The notes under the pieces: model-generated | Seen by the model: the letters and a program-made list of their open reading frames with translations, nothing else | Database searches by the model: none | What the model was told of the DNA's origin: nothing | In this document: positions 38,925 to 54,383 of the stretch, in pieces | Numbering within the stretch: the first letter of the stretch is position 1 | Layout of the letters: each line of letters starts with the position of its first letter | Translations under genes and position numbers: made by a program | Source of the DNA: the human T2T-CHM13v2.0 reference genome, Homo sapiens | Assembly (NCBI RefSeq): GCF_009914755.1 | Contig: NC_060940.1 | DNA length: 64,000 nt | Reading direction: 5' to 3' (one strand)

Positions 38925-40311
38925 TTGTAATAAATCTTGCTGTCCGTAGAACGTACAGTTTTTTACATCACCCTGAAGCTACAGAGTTTTCCACTCAGAA
39001 ATGAAGCTGAAACATGGGTCTGAGCGGGTTTCTCCTCCTGGAATTGACCCACTCTGCCCTATTTTTCTTCTCTTTATAATTGAAGCTATATATATATATA
39101 TATAGAACCTGCTCCTGTAAGGTTTGAGCACAGGTCTTCTAGACATCCTCATGTCTCTGATGATTTTAGAAAAAAATTAAGCTTAGTCCTTTTAGCTCGA
39201 ACCATCCCAAGCTATTATATTTTATCAAAGTCCTTTCTGATAGTACATATTTTTTGTATCCAGAAAATTGGGTCTGCCCTGTATAGGAATCTGACATTTC
39301 ACCTTTCCAAAAATTAGACCATTTCGTTTGCATCCTTTAAGCTGATGTGTGGAGTAATGAACACATTCCAAGAGGGAAATCGTATTTGACACAGAAAATA
39401 CTTTGGAGACGCAGCGATTTCCCAGTGGCGTGTAAGGAGACTATTGAAATCCTAGCACGTTTGCTCTGAAGGACAGAGGGCAGCTCGTCCTGCCTTTGCC
39501 ACCCAGCATGGGAGTTACACAGTAAGCATCATCCACAAATTAATACTGGCTGACTTTCCTAAAATCATCCTTTAATCTGTCGCTTTCACATTTACCCACA
39601 GTGTCGTGCCGGAGACCTCAAACACCGAGGCGACGTTTTTAAAGAAGCCACGAGGCTCTTCCCAATGTCTACCTCCATTATTTAAAATACTGCCTCGAGG
39701 CACAGGTATAAATATTAAAACTTTAATTAAAGAATCAATCAGTGATGGAGCTTCAAAACAAGGGGATCTAGCACTTTCAGATGATGTCAACTGTGAACAC
39801 AGTTAGACTCGGTCGTAGGGCTAGGAGTTTTTATGAAAAATGACGCGTGGAGTTATATACACAGGCAACTGTCCTCATTTTTTGAATCTGTAGTCATTGT
39901 GAGCACTGTCACTCATTACCACTGGTTTGTCATTGTTCGCTAGTCAAAGAGACATGGGTGACTGTGGCCTGCTGCTACAGAAGAGTGTGTTGTCTTAGGG
40001 GAAGGAGTGGCTAATGCAAGAAATATTTATTTGGAATGTACCACATGTTAGACCCTGTGCTTGGTGAATAAGGCAGACGAGAACTTTCCTTTCTTGTAGC
40101 TTATATTGTCGTGGGGGAAGCCGCGTCATAAGCAAGACGTTGAAATATATTTTCATAAGGATAATGAAAAGGGTTCCAAAAATTATAGTGTGATAGTGAC
40201 TTGGGGGGACATTCCAGAGAGGAGAGATTTGACCTGAGAAGTACATGAAAAGAAGTAGCTGATCTGTATGGATCCATACATTTATCCAATGAGTATTCTA
40301 CTCATCTCCGC

Positions 40312-40600
40312 TTTCTTTTTTTTGAAACAGAGCCTCACGTTGTATCCCAGGCTGTAGTACAGTGGTGTGATCTCATCTCACTGCCACCTCCACCTCCTGG
40401 GTACAAGTGATTATTATGCTTCAGCCTCCTGAGTAGCTGGGATTACAGGTGTGCTCTGCCACGCCTGGCTAGTGTTTGTATTTTTAGTAGGGATGGAGTT
40501 TCCCCATGACTGGTCTTAAACGCCTGACCTCAAGTGATCCACCCGCCTCCTCGGCCTCTCAAAGTGCTAGGATTACAGGCGTGAGCCACCACGCCCAGCC
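40312..40600 (-). mobile_element. AluS within L2 remnants
   Basis: Full reverse Alu. Confidence 0.9.
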
Positions 40601-43600
40601 TCATTCACCCCTACTTTCTATGAATTCCTGAGTGTTCATCAGGCACCCACTGTGTGCCAAGCACTATTGAAAGCACTTCAAGTGCAGAGTGATCAATACA
40701 TGCAGATACCTTGTCCTAAAAGACTTCCGTTCTAGGATAGTTGTCTGCATGGAGGGCGTTTCAGAGAAGGGGACCAACAAGCACAACGATCCAGAGGCTG
40801 GAATAGTGACAAAATCATACAGTTGAAGGTTGGTCCTATAGGCCCTTGTGGCCTGGGAAGGGCCCCTGGCTGTTATTCTAATGGGAAACCATTGGGGGAT
40901 TTTATGCAGAGAGATACCAGGATATATTTATGTCTTAAACATTATGGGAAAATTGTTAGGTGTTTTTGAGATGAGTGAATAAACAAGCATGCCTTCCTGG
41001 CCGGCCGGCTCTATTTTTTCAAAGTTTCAATTCATTTCTATGACCAGATTTGGTCTGTGGACGTAGTGACATCTGAAAAGGTAAGCCTTGCAACGTCTGA
41101 GAAATTAAACTCGATTCCCCACCACCACCTACTTCGTAGGGCTTACACTAAAATCTTTCATTCAAGAAGAGGGATTACTTTATAGGGAAAAAGAACCTCA
41201 TTTTCCAGTAATGTTCTTTGTGTGAGGGTGGAAGACCCTGGGAGGATACATCTGTATACATTAGCCTACTTAGATTTTCTTTCTCTGGGGCCTCCCTTCA
41301 AAGAGGCAACATCATGTGTTCTTGTGTGCCTGCATGAGCAGCCGCACCCTCCCACCACCACATCCTTTTGATGGCTTGACTGACATCTCTCCTGGGAGTA
41401 CCCTGAGAACAGTTGCACTCAGATGCCCTTTATTGATCGTCTGTCCGGGTAGGTTCCCTTTCAGAGTATGGCCACAGATTCTCCCATTGGTAGGTGTGGG
41501 CCAGGGTAATAACAGATATTGACAGTGCAAAGTGGGTTGCTTATGGAGAGCTCTGAGTGCAGCCGACGTTGTCCATCTTCAGAGGCTACCCTGCCCTTAG
41601 AAGGTTGAGGTGCAATTTGTTGGAGGGTTTGGACACCTGGACAATTCAGTTTTCCTCCCACATTGACTGTCTCTTTATCCACAATACTGGAACTGCATTA
41701 TTGCCTATTATATGTGACATGAACATCAGAATAAGTGTACATGGATTGAACTCTTCCTATGTAGCACAAGCTGAGCCAAGCACTGTACCTTCATGGCTGT
41801 GTGTTGTGCTATGTGTTTCAGGCATGTGATCGCCTCCCCCACCCACCCAGCAGTTCACCTTGTTCGCTTCCTGCTCATCCTTCAGGTTACAACTCAAAAG
41901 CCCCAGGCTTAGAGAAACTGTCCCTGTTTGCCTGTGTCGATTCTCGTTTTTTACAGCCATCCCAGGGGCATCTTATATTTTATTGAGTGACTCTGTTTTA
42001 TCCTTTTTCTCTTACTCCACTCCATGGTCAACTGCAGGTGGACCATGCATACACCTGTTTGGACATCACTGTCTCCTTAGCATCTAGCGTGGTGCAAGGC
42101 ACACAGCAGAAGCCCCATATGGAAATAATGAATTATTCCATTTGATGCTTCTCACACACTTTGAGGTTAGTGCTTTTCAGATCCCCATTTTGCAGATAGA
42201 GAGTGGGGTGTAGGCAGGCGTTAAGCAATTTGTCCAAGGACACAACAGCAGGTAAGAGGCACTTCCAAGATTTTGAACCTGACAGTCTGAGTCCACAGCC
42301 CCTGATGCTCATCACTGTGCACATGGCCTCTTTTGCTGCCTTTGCAAGATACAAGGGAGGGTGGGAGGCAATGTGTGCAGTGGTTAGGGAGCTCTTGCTG
42401 CATAGCTTGAGTTGCTCTGAGAAGTGATGCTGAGCCCATTAGAGCCACAAAAGGAAAACAAGGCACTTGTTTCTATTTATTGCAGTATTACTTTATCGTT
42501 GTGTAAGAGCCTCGCTAGATTTCTGCACTGGTGCAATCTGGCTCTTGTTTTGTTGTTTGTCTCCTTGGAGTCTCAAGGCCCTGGGTTGCCCAGGGCATCT
42601 CTGGCCTCTTTATCTAGGCTCACGCTCTGAGTATGATTTTGAGGGAGCGGTTGGACCACCTGCCTGGTTACAGGCAGTCCTTGGGCATCATGCAGTCACA
42701 GCTGGAGCTGCTCTGATAGCCACTCAAAATGTGGTGTGCAAACCACTGCTCACTCCATCTAATCACCGTCATCTGAATCAGCTTCCCTCTTCATTTCTTC
42801 TGAGAACAAAATTAGATCTTTGCCAGCATAATGGATGAACTTGTGCAATCACCTTGTTCATTGCTAGTTCTGCATTTCCCCAAGATGTTGATGTCTCTTT
42901 TCTGTGAATTTTAGAATATAGAGTGTCAGAGATGAGGGTGAGGACTTGAGGTTTTCAAAATTGTCTTCTTTGTACCATGGTTGGGACCCTAATAGCTATG
43001 ACACTCACTGGAAGCTCCTTCTGTGCTAGGGCTTCCTGTGTGTCATTTCATTAACTCTTCATGGCAAACCCTTTATTATACCACTTGACAGATGAAGGAA
43101 CTGAGGCCCAGTGACTAAATGGCAAACCGAGATTGCAGACTCAAGCAGTTCTCTTCCCCTGCTGTGTGTGGAGAGGGCATGCTTGCGATGCAGGGAATAG
43201 CAGAGGCACCATGATAAGGTACTAGGAAGGAGGCAGTGCAGGTATTTCACTGAGATTCCAGAATCAGTGTGTCTGGCTTGAGATCCCAGCTCCATCACTT
43301 TCTAAGTCCATAACCTTTCACTTTCTTCAATTTCTCTGAACCTCAGTCCATCCCTACAAATGGAGATTATCACTACATTGTACAGTCCGTCTGAGGATTA
43401 ATCAGCCTGGTAAATTATTTTAGCAAAGTGCCTGGCACCTAGTGTGTGTTTAGTGCAAGTAGGAGTCATAGGGCTGACTATGATAATCATGACGATTACT
43501 ATTATCCATTGATAATAATGATATCATTATTAACCTTGTTTTTGTTGCTAGAATTTCACAATCCCTTTGGGCAGCAAATTGGTCCCAGAATGTGCTTCGT

Positions 43601-44206
43601 ATATTTTCCTCTTGACTGTAACTGAGGTGACAAATTGAGAGTGAAGGGGGAAGAACCCAGCGTAGCTGCAAATGTACGGTTGAGATCGTTGACAGACTTG
43701 AGGCCCTGTGTGGAGTTCCGCCTGCAGAGGATGCTGACAGCAGCCATATGCATGGGCTCTGATTGATTGGCAGAGAGAAACACTAATTTATTAGACTCGT
43801 TATGAAAAGTGACGGAGCAGGGGATTGAGAGGGCTGATTCAGCATCAGTAGCCCTGGCTAGATCCCAGGGGTATTGGCTTGGTGTCTGTTTCCCTTGGGA
43901 CCAGCCCCCTGTCTTGATTCTGGGTCACTGCCTGTGTTCTCAAGTGAGTCTCCTGAAGATGTCCATGGCATGGCTCACTTTTACCACGTTGTAAATATCA
44001 TACCTATTTCTTCAGTATCCTTAGAAAGCTGAGTCCAGTTCAGGTTGCTGTTGATTGCAAAGGCTGATAAGAGGAGGGAGGGAGTGTGTGCATGCAGAAA
44101 TTCCCCAGTGGAGGGAAAATAGTCCTTTTCACAGGTTAGAGAAAGTGCAGTAGTTTCCTTGAGGGAGAATAAAGGGCATGGTTGATACCTCTCTTTAAGA
44201 ACATGA

Positions 44207-44506
44207 TGACCGGGCATGGTGGCTCCTGCCTGCAATCCCAACACTTTGGGAGGCTGAGGCAGGAAGATTGCTTGAGCCAGGAGTTGGAGACCAGCCTAGG
44301 CAACATAATGAGACCCTGTCTCTGTTAAAAAAAAAAAAAAAAAAAAAAAAAATTAGCTGGGTGTGGTAGCTCATGCCTGTAGTCCTAGCTACTCAGGAGG
44401 CTGGGACAGGATTGCTTGGCTCTGGGAGTTTAAGGCTGCTATGAGCTGTAATTGTGCCACTGCACTCCATCCTTGGCAACAGAGCAAGACCCTATCTGTA
44501 AAAAAA
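44207..44506 (+). mobile_element. AluJ
   Basis: TSD AAGAACATGA at 44197-44206 and 44507-44516; expanded middle A tract. Confidence 0.9.
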
Positions 44507-45309
44507 AAGAACATGAAGCTCTTTGTAGAAAGATTTCTCATTTCTGATTTGGAGAGATTGTTCAGTCTGAATTACAGCAGGTAGGATGCTGGTTAAAGAA
44601 GTGTCTTGCCTTCAAGGTGATAAGGCACTGAATGGGGCTATGTTGGAGTCAGAAAAGCTTTGAGAAGACTGAATTCCCTGAGCGCCAAGGTGCGAAAGGA
44701 CAAAGTCATGGCAGCCAGGTACACTTAACTTGTGGATCCAGATTCTGCCACTTCCTGGCTGTGTGAGCTTGGGCCAGTTACTGCACCTCTCTGAGCCTCC
44801 ATTTACTTGTCTATTAAAAGGCAAATGATTCTGTCTCCAAGGATGGCTACCTGGGAGTGAGTTAAGTCAAGCAGCAATCACACAGACTTCCGAGCTAGTC
44901 ACTTCTTATTTTTTTTTACCTTGTGGTATTCAGACAATAGCCTCTCACCCCATGACTCTTTGATACAAAAGGTTCCCTAGTTAGTGTGCTGTGATTTGTG
45001 GAAAGATATTTTGTTTCCTAGTGAATTTCATTCATTTTGCTCAGGAAACTTTATTGGTTTTGTCTGTGTAAACCTAAAATAATCTTCAAAAGTTCATAAC
45101 AAGAACAAGGAACCATCCACCCCATTCTATAAACTTATTTCTACTGAATTGTGCTTCGCTGGTGTCAGTTTATAATGAGAAATAGTATAAGAAAGCCGAT
45201 TAGCCACAAATTTTAAAAACTTGACATTATATATGCACACTGAAAGAGGATAGACTATTTAAAGTTTGAGAATTTTTACAGTTGAATCTAGCATTTGAAA
45301 GAAAAACAT

Positions 45310-45704
<395 letters not shown>

Positions 45705-45727
45705 TCAACTCTCTAATGTTATTTGCT

Positions 45728-46038
45728 ATGATTATTATTGTTATTTTTTTGAGACAGAGAGTCTCATTTGTTGCCCAGGCTGGAGTGCAGTGATGCAATC
45801 ATGTCTCACTTCAACCTCTGCCTCCTGGACTCAAGTGATCCCACCTCAGCCTCTTGAGTAGCCAGGACCACAGGCATGTGCCACCAAGCCTGGCTAATTT
45901 TCGTGTTTTTAAATTTTTGTATTTTTTTGTAGAGTTGTGATTTCACCATGTTGCCCAGGCTGGTCTTGAACTCCTGGGGTCAAGCAATCTTCCCTTACAA
46001 AGTGCTGGGATTACAGGCATGAGCCACTATGCCCAGCC
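45728..46038 (-). mobile_element. AluJ
   Basis: Diverged reverse Alu. Confidence 0.88.
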
Positions 46039-46659
46039 CTATGATGATATTTTTGAGGACTCTGTTGGCTATTACTGTGTTAGCTTTGGTTTCAGGATCA
46101 GAAAGAGTTTGTCCTTTCTTCAGGTTCTGATTGGTATTTATGTACCAGACACTTCTAAGTGGAATACCTGTCCATGTTCCCTTTTCACAAAGCCTGCCAG
46201 GAATCTCAGAGCTGATTTTATAGTTCAGTCACAGTAGTAAACAGAATTTGATAGCATGGATTTTGCGTATTAACCTCACTTTTGACTCAGTTTTATTTCT
46301 CTACCCTTCCATTTTAATTTTCTCTTTTTATTGTGATGTATGTTACTGTATCAAAAGAATACCTTTGCAAGGTACCTAATGTGAACATATTCAAATATTG
46401 AATAAGAAAGCAATATAAAGGTATATAAGGTAGGTGAACATTGAAAGGTATACATAAATTACAGCCCTTTAAAACACCAGGAACCCTGGAAAATAGGACC
46501 ATATAGTGCAGTGCTTGGTATCTTGAGCTAGACCTGAAGTTAGAGAAATGCAATTTTGAGTCCCAACAGTGCAAATGGTTACTCTTTCTTATTTTCTCCT
46601 TTTAAAAAACATTTTCCTGGAGCACTATTTATGCTATATAAATTCACTTTTATTGGGCC

Positions 46660-47210
46660 ATTTATTGCCTTTTTCATGCATTCAGCAAACATTTTTGAGC
46701 CCATGCTCTGGGCCAGGCACTGTTAGGCACTGGGGATACTGTATGGGGTGGGTATATTGACCAATATTGACATCATCTCTGCCTAGTGAAACTTATGCTG
46801 TAGTGAGAGAGACTGACACGAAACATGAATGCAGGTAAAAAGACAATAGAATTACCCGTTATCATAAGTATTAAAACGGCAACAGAATGGAGCATTCATG
46901 TAATAAAAGGGTGAGTGACCCTGTTCGGTAGGAACATCAGGGAAATGTCTCCAAGGAGAGGTATTGGGCCACATTTAAGCTACGGCCTGAAGACTGAGAA
47001 GGGCCAAGCTGTGACCAGTGGGGAGAAGAGAAGAGAGGAGACCATGGTGAGCAGAGGTGGCAGTGTGTTCAGAAGCCCGGGGGAGGAAGGAGAGGGCTCT
47101 GCACATCCTGAGAACAGCAAGGTGGCCAGCGTGCCTGGGGTGGTGAGAGCAAGGGAAGGGATGTGGCTGGCAAAGCCTGCAGAGGCCAGAACAGGCAGCC
47201 TTGCTCTCAG
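46660..47210 (-). mobile_element. L2 remnant
   Basis: CATTCAGCAAACATTTTTGAGC...GCCAGGCACTGTTAGGCACTGGGGATAC (L2 3' end, reverse). Confidence 0.7.
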
Positions 47211-47328
47211 GAGCCTGTGCCCTGTGTTATTTTTGAGATGGGGAAGATCTTAACTAGTACCATCCTTTATAAGCATATTCAAGATAGGTGCGAGAATAAG
47301 GTACAAGGAGCACCATGCCAGAAAAGCA

Positions 47329-47500
47329 ATGTGTGTGCCTCTGTGTGTGCATGTGTAGATGTGTACACTTGTATGTGCACATGAGTGGATGTGCACACAC
47401 ATCTCTGTATGTGTGCAAACGTGCATTTTTGTGTACATTTCTGCACGTGTGTGTATGTATGTACATGCATGTATGTGGCATGCACATATGTGCATGTATT
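47329..47500. repeat. Alternating purine-pyrimidine (TG/CA/TA) low-complexity tract
   Basis: GTGTGCATGTGTAGATGTGTACAC...ATGCACATATGTGCATGT. Confidence 0.85.
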
Positions 47501-49129
47501 GCAGCAGGAAGAGAAGGAGCCACGAACAGTATGACAGTGGGGAGATTGCTGACTTCAGAGCCCAGCAGAATGAGGGTCAGTGTTGCTGGGCACGCTGCTT
47601 ACAGCATGTGCAGAGCATAGCTCTGTTTTGCCTCACATCCCTCCTGGACTGATCCCTTTCTGTTTGTATGGTACATTCAGTGAGTGACAGCATCACAGGA
47701 GGCAGACCCCAGCCTTATGAACATATCTTCGTAACACCATACAGTCTCACGAGAAAGGGGAGGTCATTTGTTCACTGTAGTCCACCCCTGAATTGTTCCC
47801 TCACTGGCTCTGTGTCACTTTCAGAGATTTTTTTAAATTCTGGGAAATGCTTTGGGGACTTCGGCATTTTGGAGTGTGTTTTCAAGGATTGTATTAGCAC
47901 CACAGAGACCCTTAGCCTCTTTCTTAAAGGTTCTGTTTTTAGACATCCTCCTCTTTTATCCGTGCTTTCAATTCTGCTGCTTCCTTCCTTCTGAGATTCC
48001 TTCTTCCTTGCTGGTCTTGGAACAAGAAACATTTAGCTGTATTTTCCTCGTTCTCGCCTAGGTAGGGTGTGGTCCCCCTGTGTCCTCATTTGTTCAACAT
48101 TTTGAGACAAAGATTGGTGGAATTGCCACTTAAAAAAATAAAACCAGGGAAAGCAGCTCAGAGAATTTAATTTGCCTCTAACCCAACTCTTCTACTTATT
48201 AAAAAAAATATACAATTATTCATTCCGTAGCACTCCAGATTGCTTCACTGAAAGAAAGAAAGAAAGGGATCCACTCCAGGGAGAAAGAGGCTCTTGAGCT
48301 TTTTGTTCCTTGATGATCCTGTCTTTACGTAATTTGGTGGAGCCTACTGGGGAATCATCATTTTGGGAGACTATGGATGTGCCTCATTGCAGAAGAATAA
48401 GTAGAGAGCAGTGTCTGGAACAAATGCTTGTCTTAAAAAAAGTTTATGAAATGCCAGCAGATGTCAGTGTGCCCTTGCCATTTGATTTTTTTTTTAAAGC
48501 AACATTAATTATTTTCGGTAGTAAAAACAACACAAGTATATTCTGCTACAGTTATAAATGAAAAGATCATGAGGCAACGTTTTTTAGGTTTGGAGAAGGA
48601 CCAGCAGAATTTATGTCATAAGGTAAAATCCTCTAAATTATCTGTGTAATATAATTTGTCTTTTCCCAGAAAAGTGGTTTCAAAATGCAAAACCTAGTGT
48701 AAGTTTTTTTTTTTTTTTTTCCCTCTCTCCCAGCCATTGTTCAGGTGCCAGTAATAGCTTAGGATCCAGCTTAGCTTCTGAGAAGCTACTGGCTCTGCTA
48801 ATTGATAACAGCTCCTTATTTCAAAGCTGGAGTTTGCAAAGGAAGGTAGTGTAGGGTTGGGTATGGCCTTGTCGTTTGTCATCTGAGTTGTGATGAGAAA
48901 CTCTTGCAGTTTACGTTGTTACCGTGAGCACAGCAAATTGCGTGCTAATAGTTAGTTCCTCCGCAGACGTTGTTTGGATCAAAAATGAGGGCCTCTATAC
49001 AGGAAAAAGATTCACTCAAATAATTAAAAACTATTCATTTTAAGCAAGGGATAATTTGCCAGCATGTAGTGCAAGAGAGGTAGGGTCGTTTCTAGGCAGG
49101 GAATGATGTATGTTACAGGGCATATTTGA

Positions 49130-49680
49130 TGCTTTGCTTTATTTATTTAATAGTTTTGATTAAATGGTACAATATTCAAAAATGCAGGAGTATGCAGAGA
49201 AAAATAAATCTCTCTTGCACTTGCCTTGCAGTTTATTAGAGACAACTATTTTTATAGTTTCTCATGCACCCTTTCATATATATTTTATGCGAATACAAAC
49301 ATTTACACAGATATTTATACCAACAAAAGATAGCATATGAAATGCATAGTTCCACTGTTTGTTCTTTTTAAAAAAATTAAGAATACCTTTTAAGGATTAT
49401 TCCCTCTCATTGTGTGTGTGTGTGTGCACAAGCACGTGTATTTTTTCTGCTCCACCTTTGTTAATGGATATATAGTATTCCATTGCACATGCTTACATTA
49501 TTTAATTGGCCTCCTTTTGATGGATATTTATGTTGTTTCCATTTTTGAAGCGCTACATGGAATATCTTCAACCGCCACCACTTCCCACACATGTCTGTAG
49601 GATACATTCTTAGAGGTGAAATTGTTAGGTCAAAGGAAACATGCCTTTCATTTTGACAGACACTGCCAAACCTGATGCTC
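49130..49680 (-). mobile_element. Old L1ME-like fragment
   Basis: T-rich; TGATGGATATTT...GTAGGATACATTCTTAGAGGTGAAATTGTTAGGTCAAAGG. Confidence 0.6.
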
Positions 49681-49804
49681 TGGCTGAGCTGCACCCTTAC
49701 ATGTTGGTGGATGAATGGGGTTTAGAACCAAATGAAGCCATGTGGTGATTCTGGTCTGACTTGGCTACCGTGATGACTGTCATGAATTATGTCCCTATTG
49801 GAAG

Positions 49805-50509
<705 letters not shown>

Positions 50510-50809
50510 GAATGTTTTGCAGTTCTTGTCATTGCTGTTTTTTTGCTAACACTTTCCATCTGCCAAGTAGTTTGTTAAGATCTTTAATTCCACGTTCACA
50601 TCTTTGTCCTCATAACAACCCTGTGGAGTAGACCCTGCTCTCATCCTGTTTCAGGATGGGGATGTGGGGGCTGAGAGACCTCAGGTGCTTTGCTTAGGGT
50701 TACAGGGTGGATGGTCAGCTCAGGAGTCACACTGAGGGCCTCTAGGCTTAACCATTGAGCTGGGAAGCTGTGGTGGGTTTTAAGCAGCAGAGAGCATACT
50801 ATTGAGTTA

Positions 50810-51020
50810 CAATGAGTTTAATGTCAACCCGATTGTGCTGTTGACCTTTTGGATTGCATAATTATCTGTTGTGCAGGCTGTCCTGTACACTGTAGGATGT
50901 TTAATAGCATCCCTGGCCTCTACCTGCTAGATGTTAGTAGCACCCCCTTCACCCATCCATGACAACCAAAGACGTCTCCAGATTTTGCCAAACGTCCCTG
51001 GGGTAGAAGCTTGCCCCACT
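50810..51020 (+). mobile_element. MER20
   Basis: TGTAGGATGTTTAATAGCATCCCTGGCCTCTACC...GACAACCAAAGACGTCTCCAGA. Confidence 0.8.
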
Positions 51021-53275
51021 AACTCAGACAAAGAGCAAAATATGCCGTGGGCATCTGTAGCATAACACCAGAGACATGTATTTGAGGACACACATGGTGG
51101 CTGATGTCAGGGCATCTTCCATTCAGCCGTCTCAGCCAAGGGACACTCATTTAGTTCTTCCCCAAGGATGGAGCAGATGGGCTGCCCCTTGTGGCAGATG
51201 CCAGTCTAGGAAGAAACAAGACGGTGTTACTCAAACCATTTCATCCTCCATTCGATCACAGTAGCACTGCCCAACAAGACTTTGTCTTTTAAAATGTAGT
51301 TTAGAAACGTCCTTGAAAAATTGCCTGGTAAAGTAGACTTATAAAAAATTATGTTCCCAACTATAGTCCAGCTTATATATTATACAGCTTTTCTATTCCT
51401 GCATTTTCCTTTGGTGTTCAGTAATGCTCTACATCAAAATGGCAAGCGGGAGGCATCAGCCCTCCCAGCTCCCTGCACGTGGCAGACATTGATAATCAAT
51501 TCTTTTCCCCCCTCATCAGCGTCACCTTCTTAGAATCCTCAGTGCATCTCTCTAGGCATAGACTGTCAACCAATTGGAATTACTATGTGAAATGAAATGT
51601 ATTTGCCACCCCTGTTACATGGTGCCTTTTTGGCTGAGAAGAAGGATTACGCTTTCCAAAGAGGCAAGCTTATCATGAGGTATTAGCTTATTTTTCAGTT
51701 ACTCTGAGAAAAGTGCTTGATAGATGGGAAGAAATGTCTATTCTTAAAGCATTTGGAATTACGATCTTATTTTGTAACAGTAATTGGGTGCCTGAAGAAT
51801 ACTCCTCTTTCCTGAGGTGCTTTACATATACTATCATCCTATGTATTATTGTTTTTCTGTAGTAACATCTCTCTCCCCTCCACCACCAAAAATCAGTCCC
51901 CTCCCTTCAAAGCCTGGTGGAGGCAGCCACCTGAGGGTGACACAAAACGCTTTGTGTACAATGGGAACTGAGACAATTCCCTCAGCAAAGAACATTGAGA
52001 AGCTGCAGGACGTTACTGGAACTGTGTCACTTCTCAGCACAGGGCATGTGAGGGAGCTTTAAAGAGATGGGGAACTGAACCATCCAAGATTTCCAGAAGT
52101 AACTTCTGATGTATAAAGGCATGGAGGCCAGGCTGCTCTGGGAAGGCAACACAGGTTTCAGAGTTGAAAATGCTTTTAGGTGGCATCATAGAACCATCCA
52201 TTCTAGCATAATGTTTTGTGTTTTTTTTTTGCCATTGCTTTTTTGGGGAGGGGTGGAAAAACTCCCATGGAATTGTGTGGTAACTTGGTAATTTGGTTTA
52301 GTAACTTGATGAACCTATATGCAAATACCTATCACTTAGATAGTTTTTAAGTCATCTCCTGTTTCTGATTCTAAGAAAATAGAGAAAAATAATCTTGGAA
52401 AGAAAAGGCCCTGGGTCAGACAGTGTCTGTCTCTTTTTTATTTTTCAGACTGGTGGGAATGTTTTCCTTTCTCCACTTTTAGATGTTTTAGTCTGTGAGA
52501 GATAGGGACAAATACAACACGTCTCCTATTTCCTCTTCTGAGAAAGGAATTTTTAACTTAGATGGGAGGCACCAGTGAACTTCAAGGGCTTGAAATTGCA
52601 TTTAAAATTTAAAGAATAAACATTTTTATCTGGGCAGAAGGCTCATAGCTTTTTAAAAATCACATTCTCAAAGTGCTGTATGGGACACACAAAAAAGTAA
52701 GAGCCCATCTTTTTCAGAACAATAACTTTCAGACTCTTTTACCATGACCCTAGTAGGCAAGGAAAAAGGATACTACAGCCCAACCACTTCACCTGTTTTA
52801 ACCTTCTGGTGGGACTGTGTGTGTTGGAGGTGGGGGGAGACAGGGAGGTCACAGAAAGCTCAGTAGTGATGAAGGATTGGGGTGCAACTGTATTTGGTGG
52901 GAGAGATACTTACCTCTTACTTAGCAGTAGGAATATGCATTTATTTGAGTCACAATCTCTGTATGTCTTAAAGTCCAATTATTTAGAAATTATCAGAAAA
53001 AAGTGCAGTTAATGCTAAAGTGTTAGCATTAACCAAACCCCATAAAACCACAACAGTAATGTTTTCTTAAAACATTGAATTGAGTCCCGCTTAACAACTT
53101 TGATAATAGCATGAGATCAGAAAGTCCGTCCTGAAAATTCCAAGAATGAAAGCCGTGTGCATGAGTTTTTGCGGGAGAATATTTGCAACATTTCTGTGAA
53201 GTTCTTGATAGCTAGACTTCCTGGTACAACATTTAATTGTAGTCCTTAGTAAACTTTTGTAATAATTTATGTTGA

Positions 53276-53815
<540 letters not shown>

Positions 53816-53982
53816 TAGGCATGATACATTATTGCTGTAGGAAGTTAGAGAAGATGGGAAGCACAGGGCTTCCATTCTACAGATATCCCTATATTTTTTG
53901 GCGGGGGATTGACTCCGCAAACCATATTTTCTAAACTTTTTCATATATACTTGCTTATGAATATATTGGAAGCAAGCCTATA

Positions 53983-54307
53983 TTTATTTATTATTTTATT
54001 TTATTAGTTTTTTTTTTTTGAGATGGCATCTAACTCACCCTGTCATCCAGGCTGGAGTGCAGTGGTGCAATCTTGGCCCACTGCAGCCTCCGCCTCCTGG
54101 ACTCAAATGATTCTCCTGCCTGAGCCTCCTGAGTAGGTGGGATTACAGGCGTGCACCATCACACCCAGCTAATTTTTGTATTTTTGGTAGAGACAGGGTT
54201 TTACCATGTTGGTCAAGCTGGTCTCGAACTCCTGACCTCAAGGGATCTGCCCACCTCAGCCTGCCAAAGTGCTGGAATTACAGGTGTGAGCCACTGCACC
54301 CTGCCCC
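53983..54307 (-). mobile_element. AluS
   Basis: Full reverse Alu. Confidence 0.92.
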
Positions 54308-54331
54308 AAGCTATATGTACACTGTACCTCA

Positions 54332-54352
54332 ATATCCATATATATATCCGTG

Positions 54353-54383
<31 letters not shown>

